Source: Acidimicrobiales bacterium
Lineage (GTDB): Bacteria; Actinomycetota; Acidimicrobiia; Acidimicrobiales; Bog-793
Reading direction: 5' to 3'
Assembly (NCBI GenBank): GCA_035532075.1
Contig: DATKRV010000003.1
Location: 9,083 to 73,082 of the forward strand
Length of the DNA stretch: 64,000 nt
Positions 10,307 through 18,593 of this stretch are shown here, one piece after another (the stretch's first letter is position 1; every line of letters begins with the position of its first letter). Under the pieces are notes generated by a model, which saw nothing but the letters and a program-made list of their open reading frames with translations, searched no databases and had not been told where the DNA came from. The translations under genes and the position numbers were made by a program.

Positions 10307-12062
10307 GGCCAATCCGCCCCCGGTGTCCCACTCGCGCGTGATCGACACCGAAGGGCCGCCCTACGCGGGTGTCGTCGACCTCCTCGAGGTACACGCCCAT
10401 GAGCCCGGCGACCTGGTGCTCGATATCGGCGGTGGCCTCTGCGGAATCGCCGAAGCGGTGCGTGGACTTGGACTTGTCTACGTCGGGCTAAAGCTGGACG
10501 TTTCGGGACCTGAAGGACACGGTGATCAAGACGCTACGAGGGCCCAGCTCGACCTGCGCGATGACCAAGCGTTGCGAGCACACCTCGGGCGGCTGGTCGC
10601 CGGGCGCCCACTCGCTTTGATCACCGCTGGCGATGTTATGAGACAGCTTATTAGTGGTCCCCATGGCAGGGCCGCCCTCACAACCCTGAGCCAGTTCGCG
10701 CTATCGAACGGCCGGCCACCCCTTGTCGTCTGCGTCGAAAAGATTGCGCCCCTCGACCTCGTCGTCGAGTTGATGCTCGGTATCTGTGACATCTCCCCAG
10801 CGGGGATGTCTTACGAAACACGTGCCGCGACTTGCTCACCCGAGCGACTTGCGCGGGCGTTGGCTGGCACCGGCTGGTCACCGATCTCCGTGGCGGAGGT
10901 CGCGCCCGATGATGATCAGGAGCTGCTCACCGACCCTGCCAAGCTGATCCGGAGCCTGCTCAGAAAACTCGCCGCACGCGTCCAGGGTCTGCCAGTCCGA
11001 GCGACTCCAGTGAGCCAGCTCATCCGGGCCTACGTCCCGGTCGCGCCCGCCTCCTCGGCGGCGAACGAACAACCTGGCGTCGAACTCGACGACGGGCCAG
11101 CACCGCTCCTCAGCGTGCTACTCATCCCGGGCGAGGCATCGGAAGCAGAGCTGATCGACGTGCTCATCGCGCTCGACGCCCAGAGCGTGACCGATTTCGA
11201 GTTGATCGTGGTCGCTCCCGAGTCCTCCGAGGACAGCCCTACCAGGTTCGAGGAGCTGCTCGCTCCGTTCTCGTCTGGTCTCTCGGCGCGTTCCCGGGTC
11301 GTACCAGGGCCATCCCTTGCACCGCTGTCCGGGTACCGAACCGACGCGATCCGTGCTGGGTCCGCCGTGTCGCGTGGCCGCTACATCACTGTCCTCGATG
11401 GGCGGAGCGTCGTCTTCGGGCACTTCGTCGAGGTCTTCGCGCGCCTCGCCACAGAGCATCCCGCGGCAGTTCTCCGGGCCCGGGCCATCGCCCAGCCGAT
11501 GCGCCAGCTGGCATGGCCGGGTGGTCGTACCGGTTTCGAGCCGACCGCAGGCGCGATGCCTGCGTCCACGGCACACTTTTCGCTACTCGAGCACCTTGTC
11601 TCGCCGGGATCACCACCGGGAAGCTACGCCCTCGAACGGAGTTACGTTGACGGTTTCGAATCTGGCTGCGAGGAGGACGAGATGCTCGCCGAGGCGGCGA
11701 TGCTGGGTGGGGTCCATGAGACACCTGGCGAGGTAACCCTGCTTCTGCGGCGCTTCGGGGAGGAGACCCCGATCTTTACAGCCGGTGTTGACAGCGCGGA
11801 CCAGCACCTTCGGGCCAATCGGATCGACGTAGCATCGATGGCGTTGCGCTCTTGTTCCCCCAATAGACCAGGCCCGCCAGACCCGTCGATCGCGCTGTTG
11901 CTCAAGGATGTCCAAGTCGAACTGGCTGATGTTCGGGCTCAACTAGCAGGTGCACTCGGTGAACTTGCAGCGGTGCGGGACTCAACGAGCTGGCACCTCA
12001 CCGCTGCGCTCAGGTGGCTTTCTGGCGTGCTGCACCGGGCTGGCTGGCAACGTTCTGACTAG
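10296..12062 (+). CDS. fusion protein: N-terminal methyltransferase-like Rossmann domain plus GT2-like glycosyltransferase domain
   Basis: The ATG at 10296 overlaps the upstream stop (10304..10306) by 11 nt. It contains LVLDIGGGLCGIAEAV (GxGxG-like) and LLSVLLIPGEASEAELIDVLIALDAQSVTDFELIVVAPESSED. The ORF-track start at 9912 lies inside the upstream gene. Confidence 0.65.
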   Translation: MTAEANPPPVSHSRVIDTEGPPYAGVVDLLEVHAHEPGDLVLDIGGGLCGIAEAVRGLGLVYVGLKLDVSGPEGHGDQDATRAQLDLRDDQALRAHLGRLVAGRPLALITAGDVMRQLISGPHGRAALTTLSQFALSNGRPPLVVCVEKIAPLDLVVELMLGICDISPAGMSYETRAATCSPERLARALAGTGWSPISVAEVAPDDDQELLTDPAKLIRSLLRKLAARVQGLPVRATPVSQLIRAYVPVAPASSAANEQPGVELDDGPAPLLSVLLIPGEASEAELIDVLIALDAQSVTDFELIVVAPESSEDSPTRFEELLAPFSSGLSARSRVVPGPSLAPLSGYRTDAIRAGSAVSRGRYITVLDGRSVVFGHFVEVFARLATEHPAAVLRARAIAQPMRQLAWPGGRTGFEPTAGAMPASTAHFSLLEHLVSPGSPPGSYALERSYVDGFESGCEEDEMLAEAAMLGGVHETPGEVTLLLRRFGEETPIFTAGVDSADQHLRANRIDVASMALRSCSPNRPGPPDPSIALLLKDVQVELADVRAQLAGALGELAAVRDSTSWHLTAALRWLSGVLHRAGWQRSD

Positions 12063-12759
12063 CTGGCCTGCCTGTTTCACACCATTTCTACGGGAAGCTT
12101 TTGCATCGCGGCTCGCTCGCCTTCCGCGCCGATGACCGGCCAGGACTGACCCTCTGGGTCGAAGGTACGCGCATCCTTGTTGGCCGAAACCTCTTGGTGC
12201 GAAAATTGTCGGCCGCTCTACGTTGCTGGCCAGTCATTTTCTATCGCGCTGACAATAACGGGGAGCCACTTCAGTGTGACGCCAAGCTCCAAGGCCAAAA
12301 GGTGACTGTTCGGCACGCACCAAGGAGCGGTTAAGGCGATCACTTTGGCCAGTATCTCGATGAGTTCACCCTCCGTTCCAACCGCTGCCGACCTCGCGTT
12401 CGCGAGTTCATCTCTACCGAGTGCTCGAGCTCGCTAGTGCGCGCCACTCTGTGTGCTTCGGGGACGTCGTCGTCGATCCCGTACTCAAGGCGCAGAAGCC
12501 TTCGACCCCGGTTGACCGCGGACACCCACCCAGCATGGAATGCTCACGAGCGGCAAAGCCGAGGAGGGCCCGACCCAGGACTGGTCCGGTTAGATGAATA
12601 GCCGTGGTCCGTATAACTTCGACGCCGATGCGTGGATGCACTGGCCGTCAGGGTCAGGCCCCCTACCGACCTCCTCTCCGCGAGACCGCGAGCTCATTGA
12701 TGTTGTCGAGACGGCAGAGCCGTTCCTCATGGAATAAGGGTTATAGGGTTCGGGCGCGA

Positions 12760-13062
12760 ATGACCAAGCTCGTCGGAAGCGACGAGCGCGATCCGCGCGC
12801 GGCATTTGGCCGCAATTCGCGCGCACGCCCTCTTGAGCTGATGCTGGGTACCGTTAGGTCGTTCTCGCCCAGGCGCGCGAGACGAGGCTTTGGTGCGACA
12901 AGAACTGCAGAGGTGCCCGTTGCAGCGAAATTTCGCGCCGCGAGAACTGCTGCCAAGATCAGTCTGACGACCGTCTCGACAGAACTCGGGACCGCTCCAC
13001 TGAGCATCTCTCGCCTGGAGCGGGGCTTCGATCATGACCGAGAGTTCGCCAAGCAATACTAA
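12760..13062 (+). CDS. small XRE-family helix-turn-helix protein (putative)
   Basis: The C-terminal part KFRAARTAAKISLTTVSTELGTAPLSISRLERG resembles an HTH_XRE motif. The start is uncertain (ATG 12760 or GTG 12913). It lies in a gene-poor patch. Confidence 0.35.
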   Translation: MTKLVGSDERDPRAAFGRNSRARPLELMLGTVRSFSPRRARRGFGATRTAEVPVAAKFRAARTAAKISLTTVSTELGTAPLSISRLERGFDHDREFAKQY

Positions 13063-13634
13063 GCGTGGTCAGCTCAGAAAAAAGTGGCTTGACAAACAGA
13101 AGAGCATCACCTTAGCGGGCACGGCAATCGTAGCGCGATCTGACTCTTTGACCTGACAGCTGTGTTGGTGGGCGGCGGTATCGCCACTCACCATGCAGTC
13201 AGGTTGTACGACCGACAAAGTCTCCCCTGGCAAAGCCAACCCACATCTCGAAGCCACGCTCGGCCAGATGGCCGTGAGCGCGGCCAAGACCGACGCGCTT
13301 GGCACGGAGTGCGCAAAAACTCCCGGATTTCGCCGTACGCGTCGTCAGGTCACGTGCGAGTGCCCATAGCGACCAACTTCATCGGACACGTTGTTGGAGT
13401 TGGTTCAATTGTGCCACTTGCCAAGCCGGGTTATTCTGATTCGAATTGACAATTCGTGCTCAAGGATTGCCGACCGGTGGGATCTCTCTGGGAGGCGGAG
13501 CAGCAATCGAGCATCTATCAATAGCACTAGGGTTGACGATGATCGATGTGATTACCCCGTTGTCCAGAGGCTGGATTTCCTTCGTTTGACAGATTTGAAG
13601 AATCGTAGGAACAACTCGCGAAAGGAACTTCTCC

Positions 13635-14990
13635 TTGTCTCTCGCTGAGCAAGATGCCGATCTCGGTCTTCCGGTACCAAGCGGGGCTCGGTTTCGACTG
13701 CTCCGCCAACTCATCGCCAAGGCGACATGGCCGATGCTCCGTCACCAGACGATACTCAACCACGGTGTCATTCGAGAGCTCGATGACCTGCGAGCACGTC
13801 TTGATAGTGCTGAACATTTTGTCCGACAACACATGGACTCTCTGGCACACCATACCGAAGTCTTTGCCCGGCTCGAAGCGACTCTCGCGCGACATGAAGC
13901 GGCGTTGGAACGTGATGAAATCGAAGCGACGGTCGACGTACATGCGAAAGCCCTTGAACAACAGATGAAGGTACTTGTACGTTTCGAAGAGACTCTCATT
14001 AAGCACGCCTCTCTCTTTGATGACCTCCCGTCGTTCAAGAGCGATGTGCGACAGACGTTGGAGCGCGTCGAAAAGGTCGGGCTCTATCGCTTTCAGGAGG
14101 AAACCTCAAGTGTGCGACGCGACCTCGCCGAGGTTCTAGCAGAGGTCGACAGACTGGCAGAGAACGGCGAAGTGGTGAAGCGTGCGCTGGCTGGGCAACA
14201 AATGAGATTTGCTCAGCTTGATCTGTTCTTCGCAGACTATCGAAGGTCGCTCGATGACCATCGCCTGAAGGCATCTTCTCACATCGACGCAGCATCTCCG
14301 CTTGCGTTCGAAGGAATCTATGGAGCACTAGAAGATGCCTTCAGGGGACCGCCAGCTCTCATCAAGGACCGGCTCAAGGTCTATCTTGATGAGGTGACCC
14401 GGACAACTGCTGGCGGTGGGGAGGTGCTCGATCTTGGCAGTGGACGCGGAGAATGGCTTGAGTTGCTTGCTGAACAGGGCATCGAGGCCCGCGGGGTGGA
14501 CTCGAACGTCATCTATAAAGAACGATGGGAGGCTGCTCGGATCAAGGTCGCGACTGCGGATGTACTCGATCACCTCCGCTCGCTTGCTCCCAGAAGCGTG
14601 GCGGTGGTGACCGCGTTTCATCTGGTCGAGCACCTTACACTTGAGGTTCTGATTGAACTGATAGATCTTGCCAATCGTGTGCTCCAGCCGGGTGGGCTCC
14701 TTATCATGGAAACGCCAAATCCTGAAAATATCGTCGTTGGTGCCTCAACTTTCTACCTTGACCCGACACACCAACGACCGATTCCTCCCCCACTTTTGGA
14801 ATTTCTCACCGGGGCGCGCGGGTTTCTTGATGTCAAAATCAAGCGCCTCCAACGGGGCGCGTCCCCACAACTGCAAATACCGAGAAACAGCGATGGCAGT
14901 ATCGTTGAGGAACTGGAGCCTCTCGTAGAGATCATCAACGCTCGTTTTTTTGGGCCTGAAGATTACGCTGTGTTGGCGCGGCGGGCCTAG
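13635..14990 (+). CDS. SAM-dependent methyltransferase with long N-terminal coiled-coil region
   Basis: The first 200 or so residues are heptad-rich (LEATLARHEAALERDEIEATV..., LAEVLAEVDRLAENGEVVKRAL). They are followed by VLDLGSGRGEWLELLAEQG (motif I), AVVTAFHLVEHL and LQPGGLLIMETPNPEN. Confidence 0.75.
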   Translation: MSLAEQDADLGLPVPSGARFRLLRQLIAKATWPMLRHQTILNHGVIRELDDLRARLDSAEHFVRQHMDSLAHHTEVFARLEATLARHEAALERDEIEATVDVHAKALEQQMKVLVRFEETLIKHASLFDDLPSFKSDVRQTLERVEKVGLYRFQEETSSVRRDLAEVLAEVDRLAENGEVVKRALAGQQMRFAQLDLFFADYRRSLDDHRLKASSHIDAASPLAFEGIYGALEDAFRGPPALIKDRLKVYLDEVTRTTAGGGEVLDLGSGRGEWLELLAEQGIEARGVDSNVIYKERWEAARIKVATADVLDHLRSLAPRSVAVVTAFHLVEHLTLEVLIELIDLANRVLQPGGLLIMETPNPENIVVGASTFYLDPTHQRPIPPPLLEFLTGARGFLDVKIKRLQRGASPQLQIPRNSDGSIVEELEPLVEIINARFFGPEDYAVLARRA

Positions 14991-15010
14991 TCAAGCTGAC
15001 TATTCGCGAA

Positions 15011-16243
15011 ATGAGGGTGATCTCGAACGCCCCTTTGGAACGTTCTACCTTGAGTCCAACCCCGGACCCTACGGACTCAGAGATATCGGGTTCCGCGTGC
15101 GGAGTCAATGTACTCGGCACCTGGGACTCCACGACGGGTGTCATGGAAGCTGCCCGTCGAACGGTCGCGGGGCTGCTTGATGCCGGCGTGCGTGTCGCCC
15201 TTGATTATGTCGAAACAGGCACTCCCAAGGATGTTCGTCGGATTCCCGGCCGATTTAGAGACCTTGAGCGAGGTCGACCATTTGAAATCGACATCTGTTT
15301 TTTGAACATCAATGAGATGCATCTCCTCGCTGACAGCTACCTGCGAGACAGGTCAAGATCGAACTATCTGATTGGATCGTGGTACTGGGAACTCCCGCGA
15401 CTGTCTGAACGAATGGTGAAACAGGCTGGCCGTGTTGATGAAATTTGGGTTGGGTCTGAATTTGTTGCGGACGCGTTTGCCCGTTATGTAGATGTTCCGG
15501 TGACCGTCATTCCGCCGGTGGTAGCAACATTGCCCGACCCCGGAGTGGGGCGGGAGCGATTTGGCCTGTCTCAGGGTGAATGCGTGTTTCTTTATAGCTT
15601 TGACGCGCATTCGACCTTTGCACGGAAAAACCCGTGGGGAATCATTGAGGCTTTCAGAGATACATTCAACCGTGAGGAGCGGGGCAACCGGGTGAGGCTG
15701 ATGATGAAAGCGCTGAACCTCGGGCACTACTCCGAGGGCGCGTCGCGCCTGCGTCATGAATTGGCGAAGGTGAACGGTGTTCTCATCGAGGAGGATCTCA
15801 CCTCCGGAGAGACGGCTGCGTTGATCAACTGCTGCGACATCTACGTCTCTCTGCACCGTGCTGAGGGCTTTGGACTTGGCATGGCTGAGGCGATGTTTCT
15901 CGGCAAGCCGGTCATCGCCACAAACTATTCAGGATGTCGTGACTTCGCTTCTTCGACTACGAGCTTTCCTGTCAGTTACATCCTCCGCCAGATCGAAATT
16001 GGTGAGTTACGCTACAACGCCGGAGTTGAGGAACTCTACACACCCGGTTTTCTTTGGGCAGATCCGAGCATCAATGACGCGGCATTTTGGATGCGGTACC
16101 TCTACGAGAACCCTGCGGTTCGCAGAGCCTCAGGCCTGCGTGGACAGAGGGAAATTTGCGGTTCGTATAGCTCCAATATGGCTGGCTCCGCGATGAAGAG
16201 GCGCCTCACGGAGATCTCCACGAATGCACATTGCGGGTCATAG
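15011..16243 (+). CDS. glycosyltransferase family 4-like (GT-B fold)
   Basis: The C-terminal motif is CDIYVSLHRAEGFGLGMAEAMFLGKPVIATNYSGCRDF. Confidence 0.8.
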   Translation: MRVISNAPLERSTLSPTPDPTDSEISGSACGVNVLGTWDSTTGVMEAARRTVAGLLDAGVRVALDYVETGTPKDVRRIPGRFRDLERGRPFEIDICFLNINEMHLLADSYLRDRSRSNYLIGSWYWELPRLSERMVKQAGRVDEIWVGSEFVADAFARYVDVPVTVIPPVVATLPDPGVGRERFGLSQGECVFLYSFDAHSTFARKNPWGIIEAFRDTFNREERGNRVRLMMKALNLGHYSEGASRLRHELAKVNGVLIEEDLTSGETAALINCCDIYVSLHRAEGFGLGMAEAMFLGKPVIATNYSGCRDFASSTTSFPVSYILRQIEIGELRYNAGVEELYTPGFLWADPSINDAAFWMRYLYENPAVRRASGLRGQREICGSYSSNMAGSAMKRRLTEISTNAHCGS

Positions 16244-16339
16244 ACCAGCAGGGCAGGCGTACGCCAACCTCATTGAAATGCATGATTCTCATCGGGGCGG
16301 ACTATCGATCGGACAGTGTCGGCGGGTCCTTTCGTCACC

Positions 16340-16610
16340 ATCAAGTAACGGCGGATTCAAGGGGTTCGCGCTTTTTCACGGTGACACTCGTTCGGCCGCG
16401 ACGAGCCATGACCGGAACGACTGCTTGAGGTCCAAACGCTCGGACGGACAATCCGCAACTGGTTCGAGAAGATCTGCAACTACCACCTGGCACGGGCGAG
16501 CAACGAACCCACCGAGGCGCTGATTCTTGATCAAACGCATCAAGAGAATCGGCTTTGGCTTTCGCAACTTCGAGAACTACCGGATGTGGGCTCTGCTCTA
16601 CGCCCCAAAC
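16340..16610 (+). pseudogene. ISL3-family transposase C-terminal remnant
   Basis: LLEVQTLGRTIRNWFEKICNYHLARASNEPTEAL continues after a frameshift as IKRIKRIGFGFRNFENYRMWALLYA. This is the ISL3 signature tail. In-frame stops lie upstream and there is no DDE body. Confidence 0.55.
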
Positions 16611-16840
16611 CGAACTGGCGAGTCCTTGGCTCGATCGTCGTTCAACGACGTGTTAGCCCCCGTTAGAACCTGGTGGCCTTTGTCGTTGACCCGGTCAAGC
16701 CCACTGTGTGGGTTTGCGACAACAAGGCGCCTCGGATTTGAGCGGGGCGCGAACGCAATATTCGGCGAGTGTGCAATCCACTCCAGCGTATTTCTCAATG
16801 GTCAGTTGTACGACACTGGCGCGAACTGTACACTTTGTAC

Positions 16841-17116
16841 GTGCCGCCAATTCCATCTCTCACGGTCTCCGAGGCCCGCCAGCAGTTGGCGTCGATCATC
16901 GACCGTGCCCGCGACGAGCACACGCCGGTCTACTTGTCGCGTCGAGGGCGCCGCGTCGCGGCCGTCATTGACGCCGACGACCTCGACGCCATCATCGAGA
17001 TGGCCGAAGACATGGCGGACATTCGCGCCGCCGAGGCTGCCCGTGCCGAAATGAAAGCGACACGCGAGAGCCCGATTCCCTGGGAGCAGGTCAAAGCCGA
17101 TCTCGGCCTTGTCTAG
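16841..17116 (+). CDS. Phd/YefM-family antitoxin
   Basis: The GTG at 16841 gives VPPIPSLTVSEARQQLASIIDRARDEHTPVYLSRRGRRVAAVIDADDLDAIIE.... The toxin gene starts 13 nt downstream. Confidence 0.8.
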   Translation: MPPIPSLTVSEARQQLASIIDRARDEHTPVYLSRRGRRVAAVIDADDLDAIIEMAEDMADIRAAEAARAEMKATRESPIPWEQVKADLGLV

Positions 17117-17128
17117 CCAGCAACAGCA

Positions 17129-17389
17129 GTGACCTACCGCGTCTCACTCGCGCCATCGGCGGCGCGTGAACTTCGCAAGCTCGATCCCAACGCGCGGCGG
17201 CGCATCCAGGCAGCTCTCGACCTGCTCGCGACCGAGCCTCGACCGCCGGCTGCAACCCGGCTCGTCGGTGGCTCAGGGGAGTGGAGGGTCCGTACCGGCA
17301 ACTACCGCATCGTGTACGAGATCAACGACGATCAGCTTCTCGTCCTGGTCCTCCGCATGGCCCATCGCCGCGAGATCTATGACTGGTGA
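17129..17389 (+). CDS. RelE/ParE-family toxin
   Basis: The 86-aa product is MTYRVSLAPSAARELRKLDPNARRRIQAALDLLATEPRPP...WRVRTGNYRIVYEINDDQLLVLVLRMAHRREIY. Confidence 0.8.
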   Translation: MTYRVSLAPSAARELRKLDPNARRRIQAALDLLATEPRPPAATRLVGGSGEWRVRTGNYRIVYEINDDQLLVLVLRMAHRREIYDW

Positions 17390-17522
17390 GAACGCGGCGT
17401 ACGCTATCCAGACCCCGCTCAAATCCGAAGTGCCGATTGTGTGACACACCGTCGTGCGAGGATGGGACGTCGCCACGGAGTTCTGTCGTTGCAGGCCAAA
17501 GAGTTTTGCCGTTGACCCTGTG

Positions 17523-17595
17523 TAGCCCCAACGGGATTCGAACCCGTGCCTCCACCTTGAGAGGGTGGTGTCCTAGGCCTCTAGACGATGGGGCC
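17523..17595 (-). tRNA. tRNA-Glu (anticodon CTC)
   Basis: The 73-nt reverse-strand sequence is GGCCCCATCGTCTAGAGGCCTAGGACACCACCCTCTCAAGGTGGAGGCACGGGTTCGAATCCCGTTGGGGCTA. The cloverleaf was folded by hand. The anticodon loop is CTCTCAA and the T-loop is TTCGAAT. Confidence 0.85.
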
Positions 17596-17769
17596 GTGTC
17601 GCGCATGACAAGCTTTTTCTTCCAAGCGGTTGCTCGTGATGGGCGGCTCGTCATGCTAGCGGAAGCCACGACGAAATGAACTTCTCAGCGAGATTCTGAA
17701 ATAAATCATGCCGCAAAAAGGTAATGCGTGAGGGTTCACCTGTCCCCGGAATTCTCCCACATCACACGG

Positions 17770-17841
17770 CTCGGGGGGAAGGACTCGAACCCTCAATAAC
17801 AGGTCCAGAACCTGCTGTGTTGCCGATTACACCACCCCCGA
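17770..17841 (-). tRNA. tRNA-Gln (anticodon CTG)
   Basis: The 72-nt reverse-strand sequence is TCGGGGGTGGTGTAATCGGCAACACAGCAGGTTCTGGACCTGTTATTGAGGGTTCGAGTCCTTCCCCCCGAG. The acceptor stem pairs TCGGGGG with CCCCCGA. The anticodon loop is TTCTGGA. Confidence 0.8.
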
Positions 17842-17920
17842 ATGAACCTTCTTGACTCTATCAGCACAAAATCAGGGATTTTTGCTCACGAGTTGGCACG
17901 AAGATTTGAGGTCCTTCGGG

Positions 17921-18586
17921 TTACCCCGTCGGCCATGTTGTGTGGCTGAACCCAATGATTCGACCGGCTGCAACTCCAGAGTCTTGGGTCCAAAGTGTGC
18001 CAAGTTCGTGAGTGAAGAATTGCTTGGAACCAACCGCGGAGTAGATGCGTTCGACGTTAAGTCCAGCTGCGCCTGCGGTGTGGGAGACCCAAAGGCGATC
18101 GATTGCATCTGTCACAATGACGACTTGGTGGGCGCGTGTAATGCGTTGGGCAGCTGAGCGAAGTGAGTCGTAGGTGGTTCCGCCAAAGCTTCCAGCAATA
18201 TCGGATCCCGTCACGCCATGGGCATGGAGCCATCTTGCTGCCGACATCAGACCATCATTGTACGCCGTGGATTTCCTGGCGCGAAACACAGACGCGAACC
18301 CTTCTCGCTGTGAAGAAGCAAGGATAATGCTTCTTGATATGTGGCTTTGGAAGAGTGAAAGAGTCGTCTGGAGACGGGATACCAGATCCGGCGTCGCGGC
18401 AATTCCAGATTGTTCTGGCACAAGGAGAACTATTGCACCCACTTTTTGCGATGAGACCGAACCAATGCCGATTGAGTTCTCCGCGAGAACAATCTGTACT
18501 CCGGTGACAAAGAGGTAGATGATTCCCGCAGTGAGGACGAGACTGAACAGCTTTATTGCCCACTTGATTGGCGCAAAGAGAAACAA
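17921..18586 (-). CDS. YdcF/DUF218-family membrane-anchored protein
   Basis: It has an N-terminal TM helix (LVLTAGIIYLFVTGVQIVL). The body reads IVLLVPE...IILASSQ...QVVIVTDAIDRLWVSHTAGAAGL, typical of the DUF218 fold. Confidence 0.5.
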   Translation of the reverse strand: MFLFAPIKWAIKLFSLVLTAGIIYLFVTGVQIVLAENSIGIGSVSSQKVGAIVLLVPEQSGIAATPDLVSRLQTTLSLFQSHISRSIILASSQREGFASVFRARKSTAYNDGLMSAARWLHAHGVTGSDIAGSFGGTTYDSLRSAAQRITRAHQVVIVTDAIDRLWVSHTAGAAGLNVERIYSAVGSKQFFTHELGTLWTQDSGVAAGRIIGFSHTTWPTG

Positions 18587-18593
18587 TCGACGT

